Part shown: positions 15,361 through 24,630 of the stretch, one piece after another
How positions within the stretch are numbered: the stretch's first letter is position 1
Layout of the letters: every line of letters begins with the position of its first letter
Source of the DNA: an uncultured Candidatus Saccharibacteria bacterium
GTDB taxonomy: Bacteria; Patescibacteriota; WWE3; JAUXAW01; CAYREW01
DNA: 61,276 nucleotides
Direction: 5' to 3'
NCBI GenBank assembly: GCA_964451675.1
Contig: CAYVIL010000001.1
Location: 1 to 61,276 of the forward strand
The notes under the pieces: generated by a model
What the model was told of the DNA's origin: nothing
The model's input: the letters and a program-made list of their open reading frames with translations, nothing else
Database searches by the model: none
Position numbers and translations under genes: made by a program

Positions 15361-18255
15361 TTAGTAACTCTCACCTTTATATGCGGGACAGATTTCATTA
15401 TAAGAACACCAACGACAAGCATAAGATGCATGCGGAGGAAAATTCCCTGCATTAATCTTCTGGATTTCTTCCGCAATTTCTTCCCTCTTTTCCGATAACT
15501 GCTCTGGTTTTCTGGTGGTAACAACCTTTTTATTGTGTTCCACAAAGTATAAACTAAGCAAATCTGCCTCTAAGCCTAACGCTTCCCGGGCTGCCAGCGC
15601 ATATATTGTTAGCTGGCTATCTTTATCAACCTTTTTCTGACTTTTGGCTTTACCTGTTTTATAATCAATAATTTCTATTCCCTGATCAGTACGATCAACC
15701 CGATCAATCGACCCTAACAAGGAGACACCTTCAATCTTTAATGTAAACTTCTTCTCCAAATAAAGCGGTTCTCTTAATAAATTTTTATGATTATCATAGT
15801 AATTACGTAGCAAGTCTTTCCCCTCGGCATAACGGGTCTGCATGTGTTCTGGGCTAGTATACCCAAAAGGGATCCAATGCTTATTGTAAAGATCAAGTAG
15901 ATAATCTAAATCTCTCTTTTCCGAAAAAAGCTCTGTTCGGTGAAAATCCCGCAAAGTTCTGTGGATTGTCTGACCAAAACTTAAAGTATGCTCCGGACGC
16001 TCCGGAAGCTTCAAAACATAGCGATACTTATACTGTAAAGGACAAGTAGCAAAAGTTTCTAACTGTGAGTGGGACAGAGTAGAAAGATTCCAACTACTAT
16101 TCTCAATACGCCATTTTCTCTGCTTATCAAGTGCAGCTTCTTCAAAAAGAGCTATAGATTCTACCTTTCGCTCACTACCTTTACTTCCAGTCTCCAAACC
16201 CAACTCTTTTATAAACAAAGAAGGTTTTTTTTCTGCTTTTCCACCGTAATCTCTAGCCCAAGTTAAAAACAAGTAATCTTTTGCCCTCGTGCAACCCACA
16301 TAGAAAAGACGACGTTCTTCCTGGATATGTTCATTTCCTTCGGGCAACTCTTCCTTAACAAACACATCGGGCAGAGGTAACTTATCACTACGGTTCCTGG
16401 TAGGGAACCGGAACTTAACTAAATCAACTAAAAATACAACAGGAAATTCCAATCCTTTTGCTGCATGCACAGTCATCAAATTAACAGTGTCTACATCTTG
16501 AATTTCCGCCTGCGCGGGGCTTTCACCTGCTTCCAGCAAAAGATCTAGATAGTTGACCAATTCTGTAACCGAAACATCTTTCACCACCCCAGGACTCTTT
16601 TTTCCCAAACTAGATGCTTCTGATTCAAATAACTTAATTTTCTCAAAGAAGAGGTTCAAATTCCTTATTTTCAATTGGTTTTCAATAGACTCCTCTTCCA
16701 GTAAGTTCTGCACATAACCAGATTGAGTTGCAAAATTATACAGCAAAACGGTTGGCGGTTTTCTTACACCATCTTGCCAACCTTGCTCAATCAACCCAAT
16801 CAAATTTGCTAAATTATTATTCTGGTCCTGATTTTCTTTAACAACTTGCCAAAGAGATTTGCCACTTTGTTTCGCAAGCTGCGAAAGCCGGAAGACAAAT
16901 TTACTGGGTAAATCAAAAACAGCAAGAACTAACAGACGGTAAAGACTAATACTATCTTCAGGATTATTCATCAGACGCAAAAAAGCGTGCATATCGCGAA
17001 CCTCATCTTGATCAAAAAGACCTCTATTACCGACCAGCTGGTAGGGAATACCCCGCCGCTTAAGTGCGGAAACAAAGGGGTCTAAATGATTTCGTGCACG
17101 AGCTAAAATAGCGGAATCTCGCCAAGAAAACTCTCTAGTTCCCTGCACTAAATCGACAATTTTTCCTACTACCTCCTCTGCTTCTTCCGTCTCATTACAC
17201 GCGCCAATAACCTGCGGTTCCGCTTTCATCCCTCTCTTACTCTCCAGCTCTTTATTTACATTTACTTTTTGTTCCAACCGATCAGGGTTATTGTGCTGAA
17301 TCAGCTGATAGGCATGATCCAATATTCGCTGCCCTGTCCGGTAATTTTTGACTAGGGTTATTGTTTCCGCGTCCGGATAATCTGTCTTGAAACTTAAAAT
17401 ATTTGATACCGCAGCCCCTCTAAACTTGTATATAGATTGATCATCATCTCCCACTACCATAAGATTGGGATCCTTTTCAGCAGGGGCAAGAGTTTTTAGT
17501 AAGCAATACTGTGCATAATTGGTATCTTGGAACTCATCAACTAAAAAGTACTTAAACTGATTTCTGTACTTTTCCAACACAGCCGGTCTTTTCTCAAAAA
17601 GCTTTAATACCCACAAAATCAAATCACCAAAATCCAAATAACTATGTTTAATCTTCAAAGCCTGATAAGTCTGGTACGCATTCGCCAACTCTAACTGTTT
17701 CTCCATTTCCTCCCTATCTGATTCTGACTTCTCCTTCTGAATTTCTGCCGTGGCCCAGCTCACATACTCTACCGGAGTAACAGCCTCGTCCTGAGCGCGC
17801 GAAAAAAGGGTTAGCATAGCACTTATAAATTTGGTCGGGTTTCCAAGAGGCCGGTAATAATTTAAATCAAAACTAAACAAGGTTTCTCTAACAAAAATCC
17901 ACGCCTGCGGAGGAGTTAAAATTTTGTATGCTGGATCTAATCCTATCTCTAAAGCCTCCTCACGTAACAACTGATCGCAAAAACTGTGGAACGTTGAAAG
18001 CCAAGGCTGCTCATACCCTAAAGGCATAGCAATATCCACACGATCCAGCATTTCTTCTGCTGCCTTTTCTGTAAAAGTTAGTGCTAAAATTTGCCGCGGT
18101 GAAAAGCCCTGATCAGAGATCAGATACTTAATCTTTTCAGTAATAACACGGGTTTTGCCAGTACCAGCCCCAGCAACAATTAGTAGCGGGCCCCCCGCAA
18201 ACTCTACAGCTCGTTTCTGCTCTGAGTTAAGCTTAATCTCTTTGCCATCTCCCAT
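15361..18255 (-). CDS. UvrD-type helicase fused to a C-terminal PD-(D/E)XK, Cas4/AddB-like Fe-S nuclease
   Basis: AGAGTGKT, VDEFQDTN, VGDDDQSIYKFRGA, KNYRT and TVHAAKGLEF define the helicase. The C-terminus carries C...(IDRVD)...DYK...QLTIYAL...CRWCSYNEIC, a C-Xn-CxxCx5C pattern. I place the start at ATG 18255, supported by an extended -10 box 7 nt upstream, rather than the track start at 18303. Confidence 0.85.
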   Translation of the reverse strand: MGDGKEIKLNSEQKRAVEFAGGPLLIVAGAGTGKTRVITEKIKYLISDQGFSPRQILALTFTEKAAEEMLDRVDIAMPLGYEQPWLSTFHSFCDQLLREEALEIGLDPAYKILTPPQAWIFVRETLFSFDLNYYRPLGNPTKFISAMLTLFSRAQDEAVTPVEYVSWATAEIQKEKSESDREEMEKQLELANAYQTYQALKIKHSYLDFGDLILWVLKLFEKRPAVLEKYRNQFKYFLVDEFQDTNYAQYCLLKTLAPAEKDPNLMVVGDDDQSIYKFRGAAVSNILSFKTDYPDAETITLVKNYRTGQRILDHAYQLIQHNNPDRLEQKVNVNKELESKRGMKAEPQVIGACNETEEAEEVVGKIVDLVQGTREFSWRDSAILARARNHLDPFVSALKRRGIPYQLVGNRGLFDQDEVRDMHAFLRLMNNPEDSISLYRLLVLAVFDLPSKFVFRLSQLAKQSGKSLWQVVKENQDQNNNLANLIGLIEQGWQDGVRKPPTVLLYNFATQSGYVQNLLEEESIENQLKIRNLNLFFEKIKLFESEASSLGKKSPGVVKDVSVTELVNYLDLLLEAGESPAQAEIQDVDTVNLMTVHAAKGLEFPVVFLVDLVKFRFPTRNRSDKLPLPDVFVKEELPEGNEHIQEERRLFYVGCTRAKDYLFLTWARDYGGKAEKKPSLFIKELGLETGSKGSERKVESIALFEEAALDKQRKWRIENSSWNLSTLSHSQLETFATCPLQYKYRYVLKLPERPEHTLSFGQTIHRTLRDFHRTELFSEKRDLDYLLDLYNKHWIPFGYTSPEHMQTRYAEGKDLLRNYYDNHKNLLREPLYLEKKFTLKIEGVSLLGSIDRVDRTDQGIEIIDYKTGKAKSQKKVDKDSQLTIYALAAREALGLEADLLSLYFVEHNKKVVTTRKPEQLSEKREEIAEEIQKINAGNFPPHASYACRWCSYNEICPAYKGESY

Positions 18256-18262
18256 ACTATTT

Positions 18263-18271
18263 ATGCTAACA
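18263..18271 (-). promoter_or_regulatory. Extended -10 (TGtTAGCAT) 7 nt upstream of ATG 18255
   Basis: The minus strand reads TGTTAGCAT-aaatagt-ATG. Confidence 0.45.
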
Positions 18272-18492
18272 CAGAATTGAAAATCACCAGAGCACCAAAG
18301 CACAAAAATATAAAAAAACTAGAAATTACAAAATTAGAAGATTACACAATAAAAAAACACCAAAAAACAGATAAGCAACAGACCCATACATAAAATCTTT
18401 TTGCTTCTCGCACTCAATGGTTCGCACTTATCCAGAAACCTGGTTATCACGGTTTTGTTCCTCAATCGCAGATCAACCAACAGGTTAATGAA

Positions 18493-19515
18493 TTAAGAAT
18501 CACTATCAGATAACTCAAGCTGGTCCAAGTCGGGAGGAATCCCCTCGCCCGCATCACGTAGCATTCTGACACTTTCTATACGACCAGAAAGTTTTTGGTA
18601 CTGGCTCGCTGTTCTATCCATTGCGTTTTTAGCGTTAGTAATATGGCGAGACAATACGCTTAACTCATCTCCAAAATTCTCCGCTTCTCTGCTGATAGAA
18701 CCAAGAACCTGCAATATCTTTTGCGCACTTTCTGCCACTTTCTTTTCTTGTAAACCTAAGAGCAAAATCTTCAAAAAATAGGTAAAAGTATTAGGAGATA
18801 CAAAAGTAACTTTACGTTGATACGCGTAATCATCTAAATCTTCGCTTTGAACAGCAACTTCGTAGTAGACCGCCTCAGAAGGAATGTACATTAAAGCAAA
18901 GTTAATTGTTCCTTCACCAGGAATAATATACTTCTTACTTATAGCATCAATATGTTTTTTTACATCGCGGACGAATTTTTTACGGTAGCTTTCTTTTTCT
19001 TCTTCCGAATCTGCATGCATTAATTTTTTAAAATTTTCCATAGGAAATTTAGCATCAATTGGAATCAACCCTTGATCCGTTTTAATAATCGCATCCACAA
19101 TATTACCGTCTGTAAATTGATACTGAGTATCATACTGGGCTGCTGGCAGAGTTTGGGCAAGAGTATCGGCCAAAACTTTTTCACCAACACCACCACGAAG
19201 CTTTGGGGATTGCAAAAAATCTTGTAAATCCTTGATCATCTTGCTGGTTTCCCGCATCGTACCCAATTCCTTCTGCACACCAGCAAAAACTTTTGCCGCC
19301 TCACTCAACCGACTATTCATTTTATCCAAACGCTTATCGGTAATATCTTTAGTTTGGTCAATACTTTGGCGCGTATTCTTCAACCATTCCATCAACATCT
19401 TCTGAGCCTCACTATCTTCCCCTCTCGTCAGCTGACTAAATTTTCGATTAAAGTAATAAAACAAAGCAGCAAAACCGCCAATGATAACTGCTATAATTAG
19501 TAATTCATAAGCCAT
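18493..19515 (-). CDS. rmuC: DNA recombination protein RmuC
   Basis: N-terminal TM plus coiled coil, then IPIDAKFPMENF and FALMYIPSEAVYYE, which are typical of the RmuC nuclease-like domain. Confidence 0.85.
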   Translation of the reverse strand: MAYELLIIAVIIGGFAALFYYFNRKFSQLTRGEDSEAQKMLMEWLKNTRQSIDQTKDITDKRLDKMNSRLSEAAKVFAGVQKELGTMRETSKMIKDLQDFLQSPKLRGGVGEKVLADTLAQTLPAAQYDTQYQFTDGNIVDAIIKTDQGLIPIDAKFPMENFKKLMHADSEEEKESYRKKFVRDVKKHIDAISKKYIIPGEGTINFALMYIPSEAVYYEVAVQSEDLDDYAYQRKVTFVSPNTFTYFLKILLLGLQEKKVAESAQKILQVLGSISREAENFGDELSVLSRHITNAKNAMDRTASQYQKLSGRIESVRMLRDAGEGIPPDLDQLELSDSDS

Positions 19516-19525
19516 GTTAATATTT

Positions 19526-19534
19526 AGTATAGCA
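19526..19534 (-). promoter_or_regulatory. Extended -10 (TGcTATACT) 10 nt upstream of the rmuC ATG
   Basis: The minus strand reads TGCTATACT-aaatattaac-ATG. Confidence 0.45.
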
Positions 19535-19549
19535 GGTGTTGTTTAATAA

Positions 19550-19924
19550 ATGGCTCCCTTCTTAACATTAAATCTAATCATTGGTACAGTTTGTTGGATC
19601 TTTCTCGCAACAACAGCGCTTCTAATTCCACCAAGCTCCATTACAGTCATTAGTATCTTCCTTCTAATCACAACGCTAGCCTTATACACAACGCTATCTG
19701 TTGCAATCTACCTAGTCAGAATCTCATCTTCTAGAAGATGGCAAAATAAAGAACACATGTTTAAAAGTGGACGCCAACCCGCAGCAATAACTGCGGCAAC
19801 TAGTACACTGTATCTCCTACTACGCATCTTAAAAGCAGCAACACTATTAAATACAATTTTACTTATTGCAATAGCAGCTTTAGTAACCGTCTATTTACAA
19901 AACAGAAAAATTATTAAAAAATAA
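19550..19924 (+). CDS. Hypothetical membrane protein (124 aa, about 4 TM)
   Basis: ORF with hydrophobic segments only; no motif. Confidence 0.4.
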   Translation: MAPFLTLNLIIGTVCWIFLATTALLIPPSSITVISIFLLITTLALYTTLSVAIYLVRISSSRRWQNKEHMFKSGRQPAAITAATSTLYLLLRILKAATLLNTILLIAIAALVTVYLQNRKIIKK

Positions 19925-19934
19925 TGGTAGAGAA

Positions 19935-20276
19935 ATGTTAATTAAACTACTTTTAGAAATTGCGCTTAGCACAGTTGCTATTTACACAGCTGCTGAACTA
20001 ACACCAGGTATCAGCATTGAATCAATCCAAACAGCACTGGTTGCCTTCCTAGTTTTAGCACTGGTCAACTCAATTATTAAACCAATCCTAAAATTAATTA
20101 CTCTTCCTATAAACATTATTACTCTGGGAATCTTCGGGTTATTCCTGAATTTTGCTCTGCTGGCGGCTGTATTCCACATTGTCCCCGGTCTCACCGCAGA
20201 AAGAATATCATCCATAATACTTTTCAGTATCATTCTGACAATAATCAATTGGATTGTTTCTGTAATTCTTGAATGA
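19935..20276 (+). CDS. DUF360 / phage-holin-4-like membrane protein (YvlD family)
   Basis: LVLALVNSIIKPILKLITLPINIITLGIFGLFLNFALL is the characteristic core of this family. 113 aa. Confidence 0.7.
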   Translation: MLIKLLLEIALSTVAIYTAAELTPGISIESIQTALVAFLVLALVNSIIKPILKLITLPINIITLGIFGLFLNFALLAAVFHIVPGLTAERISSIILFSIILTIINWIVSVILE

Positions 20277-20302
20277 TACAAGAATTATGCTAGAATACCG
20301 CT

Positions 20303-20770
20303 ATGAAGTTCCCAAAAACAGAGTTAAAAGCGTGCTGTTTTATAAAAAAGAAGGGTAAAGTCTTCTTAGTACGGTATCCAACCAACGAAGGAAAACTAGG
20401 CCCTTGGTGTCTCCCTTGCAGCAGAGCAAAACAGGGAGAAAACATTGGTAAAAACGTAGAACGCAAAATCCTCGAGGAAACTGGTCTATTAGTAAAAACT
20501 ATAGCACCCAAGCTATTTGTGAAACCAAAAGCAGAATATCCCGTAGACGGTATCGATCACCGCTCTTATAAAGGTAAACTAACATTTACACTGGTTAGCG
20601 AAGCAGTAATAATTTCTGGAAAACCAGCTATGCGTAAAAAAGGTGCGCAGTACAAATGGGCCAAACTCAAAGACGCAGAAAAAGAAGATTTATCCGCAGA
20701 AGTAAAGGAAGCAGTAAACTTCTTCCTTGACAAGAAGAGAAGTAAACCCTTCTCCCCCATTACAATATAA
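20303..20770 (+). CDS. Divergent NUDIX-family hydrolase
   Basis: GENIGKNVERKILEETGL fits the E-x7-R-(E/K)-U-x-E-E-x-G-U part of the Nudix box. The upstream GG of the box is replaced (LPCS). Confidence 0.55.
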   Translation: MKFPKTELKACCFIKKKGKVFLVRYPTNEGKLGPWCLPCSRAKQGENIGKNVERKILEETGLLVKTIAPKLFVKPKAEYPVDGIDHRSYKGKLTFTLVSEAVIISGKPAMRKKGAQYKWAKLKDAEKEDLSAEVKEAVNFFLDKKRSKPFSPITI

Positions 20771-20978
20771 AAAGTACTATTGCCAAGAACAGCAGCCAGG
20801 AGTTTAGAAAAGTAAGCAGTACATTTTGAGTTTATTTTCTTTAAACCAGTCCTAAACTAAAAACACAGCATTCTTGCAAAACCCAAACCGAATCCGTACT
20901 AGTCAGTGGCTTTCTATTTATAAAAGTGTGTTCGGTAAATAAAAATTAACATGGTTTGTTTATTACCGCGCCCTCTTC

Positions 20979-20987
20979 TGTTAAAAT
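20979..20987 (+). promoter_or_regulatory. Extended -10 (TGtTAAAAT) 8 nt upstream of ATG 20996
   Basis: Read directly; no SD. Confidence 0.5.
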
Positions 20988-20995
20988 AACTTGCT

Positions 20996-21907
20996 ATGGC
21001 AAATAAAAATTATTACGACATTCTAGGTATATCTAAAAACGCTACCCAACAAGAAATTAAAAGGGCATATCGCCGACTGGCTAAAAAACACCACCCTGAC
21101 GCTAACAAAAGTAAAGATGCGGAGCAGAGATTCAAAGAGATTTCCGAAGCCTACCAAATACTTTCTGATCCGCAAAAGCGAGCTACATACGACCGCTTCG
21201 GTTCCAGAGCTTTTGAGCAAGCAGCAGGTGGATCCAACCCGTTCAGGCAACGCCAAAATTGGGGGCAGCGGCAGGGTCCGTTTAGCTTCACGTGGAGCAC
21301 TAGCGGAGATTTCAACAACTTCCAAGATCCATTTGACCTCTTTGAAGAGATTTTCGGAATATCTGGCTTTGGGAGATCGCGTAGAGGACGTGATCTGCAA
21401 TACAATTTACAAATCAGCTTTGCAGACTCATTAAAAGGCATGGAAAGGAAAATCAACATAAACGGGGAAAAGTTCAAAGTGAAATTACCCCCCGGTGTTC
21501 AAAGTAACACCAAAATACGCTACCGCGGAAAAGGTGAAAAAGCCCAAGGAGGCAGGGGAGACCTTTACATTGTTGTTCGGGTTGGGCAACCAAAGGAATT
21601 CGCTCGCCGCGGTGCAGACATTTTAATCGAAAAGAAAATTGACCTAAGTACAGCTGTTTTAGGCGGTGATATTGATATACCGGTAGTTGATCCAGAAACA
21701 AAAAACGGTATAGGAAAAGTAAAACTTAAAATTCCACCCGGAACCCAACCAGGAACTGACTTCAGAATAAAAGGTAAAGGAATACCGCAAATGCGGACAA
21801 AAGGGCGCGGGGATGCCTACGTAAGGATACAAGTGGTAGTTCCAAAAAGCCTATCAAAAAAAGAAACGGACCTCTTTAAAGCGTTTGCGGAAAAAGCGGA
21901 TGTATAA
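20996..21907 (+). CDS. DnaJ-family co-chaperone, class II (CbpA-like, no zinc finger)
   Basis: J domain YYDILGISKNATQQEIKRAYRRLAKKHHPD, a G/F-rich linker and C-terminal beta domains are present. There are no CxxCxGxG repeats. Confidence 0.85.
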   Translation: MANKNYYDILGISKNATQQEIKRAYRRLAKKHHPDANKSKDAEQRFKEISEAYQILSDPQKRATYDRFGSRAFEQAAGGSNPFRQRQNWGQRQGPFSFTWSTSGDFNNFQDPFDLFEEIFGISGFGRSRRGRDLQYNLQISFADSLKGMERKININGEKFKVKLPPGVQSNTKIRYRGKGEKAQGGRGDLYIVVRVGQPKEFARRGADILIEKKIDLSTAVLGGDIDIPVVDPETKNGIGKVKLKIPPGTQPGTDFRIKGKGIPQMRTKGRGDAYVRIQVVVPKSLSKKETDLFKAFAEKADV

Positions 21908-22148
21908 ACTAAAGGTACTAAATTAAAAAACGCGAAACCAGGCGAACAATACGTTACGTCCGCCATTGAATACGCTACTTAAGCTATCGGATAAAGTCGA
22001 ACCCCGCATTATGTACACAGCAAAAAAATACAGCGGATCAACCAATAGACAGTTCAACAAATACGTGAACCAGCAAAGATACAAATAAATACACAAATAA
22101 AAACAAAATAAGTAACAAAAGTAATACTTAATACTTATAATAAAAGAC

Positions 22149-22346
22149 TTAGGTTGAAGCTTTCCTATAAAGTGGAACTAACCGAAGAAGAGAAAAGGCA
22201 ATCAATATAACAGCTGTAGAGATCAGAAAAAGAGTTGGTCCTGTCACTGCTGTATCAGCAGATTCCGTTGCTGCAGAAGGAGTAGCTTCTGCGAGCACGG
22301 TGCCTTCAGTATTTGGTTGAGTATCTTGCGGTAAAATTGACGCCAT
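22149..22346 (-). CDS. Possible small tail-anchored membrane protein (65 aa)
   Basis: TATACT and AAGGAA lie upstream and there is a single C-terminal TM. Otherwise unsupported. Confidence 0.3.
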   Translation of the reverse strand: MASILPQDTQPNTEGTVLAEATPSAATESADTAVTGPTLFLISTAVILIAFSLLRLVPLYRKAST

Positions 22347-22383
22347 AGGGCAGATATTCCTTTACTTTTCTAGTATAGAAGTA

Positions 22384-22626
22384 TTATTCCTTCTTTGTCA
22401 AGAGACTTGTGAGACGTGATTTCAGTCGCGCTGCTTTATTATCATGAATTACATTCCTGCGCGCACTGCGGTCTAAAACCGACTGTGCTTTTTCTAAATT
22501 TTCCTGCGTAGGGTTTTGGCGCATCTCCTTAACCGCCTCTTTGTAGGCTCTCCGCCATTTAGCGTTGATCTTTGTTCGACGCTGATCCTTCCTCAAAGCG
22601 CGTTTTGCTTGTTCTGTAACTGGCAT
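22384..22626 (-). CDS. rpsT: 30S ribosomal protein S20
   Basis: MPVTEQAKRALRKDQRRTKINAKWRRAYKEAVK... is a basic helical protein of 80 aa. I place the start at ATG 22626, supported by an extended -10 box 9 nt upstream, rather than the track start at 22665. Confidence 0.85.
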   Translation of the reverse strand: MPVTEQAKRALRKDQRRTKINAKWRRAYKEAVKEMRQNPTQENLEKAQSVLDRSARRNVIHDNKAARLKSRLTSLLTKKE

Positions 22627-22635
22627 TGCCGAGCA

Positions 22636-22644
22636 ATAATAACA
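22636..22644 (-). promoter_or_regulatory. Extended -10 (TGtTATTAT) 9 nt upstream of the rpsT ATG
   Basis: The minus strand reads TGTTATTAT-tgctcggca-ATG. Confidence 0.45.
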
Positions 22645-22868
22645 CAATAAGCTTGCAAAACACAAGACAGAAACAGATTAAATTCAAAAAGATCCGGTTG
22701 CACAATTTCCAATTTTCAAAACCTAGTCTATTAACGAACTTACCCATTTTAATTTTCGGGAGGTCTTTCTGAAAGGCGTCAATCGCTCTGGTTACCAGAA
22801 ATATCCAAAAAGAACCAAAACAAAAGGGACCACAGCAATAATATGCACAACATTAACCATATTTGTTA

Positions 22869-22877
22869 TGCTATACT
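22869..22877 (+). promoter_or_regulatory. Extended -10 (TGcTATACT) 7 nt upstream of in-frame GTG 22885
   Basis: Read directly. It lies inside the ORF-track N-terminal extension of murJ. Confidence 0.45.
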
Positions 22878-22884
22878 CAACTCC

Positions 22885-24597
22885 GTGACTCCAAAATCAT
22901 TATTTAAAAACGGTCGGGACGCCATCATTAAAGAACAAAGAACCGTTACTTCCGCTGCTATTGTATTAATGACTACCATTCTTGCTTCTCGGTTTTTAGG
23001 GCTACTAAGAGACCGCACACTTACTACATTCCTGCCAGTCGATGAACTAGGAGTTTATTTTGCAGCATTTAGACTCCCAGACACAATCTTCCAGCTTGTG
23101 GTTTGGGGAGCGCTATCTTCTGCCTTTATACCCGTATTCTGCTCCAAACTAAAACAGGGACACACTATTGTATCCGAAGAAGCAGCAAAGTTAGCAAACA
23201 TATGTATAACATTAGGCACAGCAGTTTTTAGCATGCTGGCTATAGTTATTTTAATTTTTGCCCGGCCACTCTCCTCACTAATAGCACCCGGATTTTCAAC
23301 CGAGCAGATCCAATTGATGGCCAACTTAACAAGAATTATGTTAACCGCCCAACTCTTTTTCGTTTTTTCGACCTTTTTAACTAGTATTCTTGAATCACTT
23401 CGCAGGTTTACAATACCTGCTATTGCGCCTCTTTTATACAACCTTGGAATTATTAGTTGCACCGTCTTGTTTGCAAACAAAGTTGGTATCTACGCTCCTG
23501 CTATTGGTGTAGTAGTAGGCGCTTTCCTGCATTTAGCTGTACAAATTCCGTTAGCGCACTCCCTCGGCCTACGGCTAAAACCGTCATTTAACGTAGATTT
23601 TCCAGGTGTTAAAACTGTTGTTTTTTTAATGGTACCGAGAACAATTGGCTTGGCAGTAAGCGAACTTTCGCATACTGCAGATGTTTTCTTAACCTCGCTA
23701 ATATCCGCAAGTGCTGTTGCTTACCTCAATTTCGCAAACCACCTTCAGTTAATTCCTGTTGGGCTTTTTGGCCTTGCAATAGGCAAAGCCTGCCTGCCAA
23801 ATCTATCTAGATATGCTAGCGAAGGTAATCAAGAAAAGTTTCAACATACCTTAATGTACGCACTTAAAATGCTTATATTCCTTACCGTACCTAGCGCAGC
23901 AGCACTACTTGTACTGCGCATCCCAGCAGTACGGCTAGCATTTGGTGCAGACAGATTTAGCTGGGAATCAACAGTCCTTACAGGATACACTGTCGCTTTT
24001 TTTTCAATTTCAATACCTTCCCAAAGTATCTCTCACATACTAAGGCGGGCATTCTATGCTTTACATAACACCAAAACCCCAGTAATCATTAGTATTATAA
24101 GCATTATTCTCAACATTATATTAAGTCTAACCTTTGTTTTTATCCTCAAACTTCCAGTATGGAGCCTTGCTCTCTCCTTCTCACTAGGCAGTATTTTCAA
24201 TTCGCTTACTTTACTCTGGTTTATTAACAAACAGTTCCGAAAACCTGTTTGGAACAGCTTCCTCATCTTTTCTTACAAAACAGCGACGGCAGCACTCACC
24301 TCTGGAGGAATAATGTATATCCTACTTAAAATACTGGACCGCTCTGCCTGGGATAAAAATCTCAGCTTTCTCGGCCATTTTACACTGCCGGAAAGGTTTG
24401 AAGCCTATGTACTGGATACTCGCTACACAAAAAACTTGATTCTTCTAACACTTTTAGTTGGAGTAGTTGGGACAGCTGTTTACCTCTTTGTTGCTTGGTT
24501 ACTAAAAATAGACATGCTTAAAGAAATTCCTGCCGCATTCAACAAACTAAAAAATGCTTGGAGAACCTCCCCCGCATCAGAAAACACACAAGATTGA
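22885..24597 (+). CDS. murJ: Lipid II flippase MurJ (MviN family)
   Basis: ILASRFLGLLRDR..FLP...VYFAAFRLPD with about 14 TM helices. The GTG 22885 start is proposed from the promoter position; the track start is 22843. Confidence 0.85.
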   Translation: MTPKSLFKNGRDAIIKEQRTVTSAAIVLMTTILASRFLGLLRDRTLTTFLPVDELGVYFAAFRLPDTIFQLVVWGALSSAFIPVFCSKLKQGHTIVSEEAAKLANICITLGTAVFSMLAIVILIFARPLSSLIAPGFSTEQIQLMANLTRIMLTAQLFFVFSTFLTSILESLRRFTIPAIAPLLYNLGIISCTVLFANKVGIYAPAIGVVVGAFLHLAVQIPLAHSLGLRLKPSFNVDFPGVKTVVFLMVPRTIGLAVSELSHTADVFLTSLISASAVAYLNFANHLQLIPVGLFGLAIGKACLPNLSRYASEGNQEKFQHTLMYALKMLIFLTVPSAAALLVLRIPAVRLAFGADRFSWESTVLTGYTVAFFSISIPSQSISHILRRAFYALHNTKTPVIISIISIILNIILSLTFVFILKLPVWSLALSFSLGSIFNSLTLLWFINKQFRKPVWNSFLIFSYKTATAALTSGGIMYILLKILDRSAWDKNLSFLGHFTLPERFEAYVLDTRYTKNLILLTLLVGVVGTAVYLFVAWLLKIDMLKEIPAAFNKLKNAWRTSPASENTQD

Positions 24598-24630
24598 TAA
24601 AAATATGGAACATAATCAAACAGTAGAAAA

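Noticed and set aside
22149-22346. The 65-aa ORF with a C-terminal hydrophobic segment and basic tail, considered as a substrate of the sortase at 34276..34929.
   Set aside because: It has no N-terminal signal peptide and no LPxTG-like motif before the TM (it reads AVTGPT). I saw no other LPxTG-type C-terminus in the window either.
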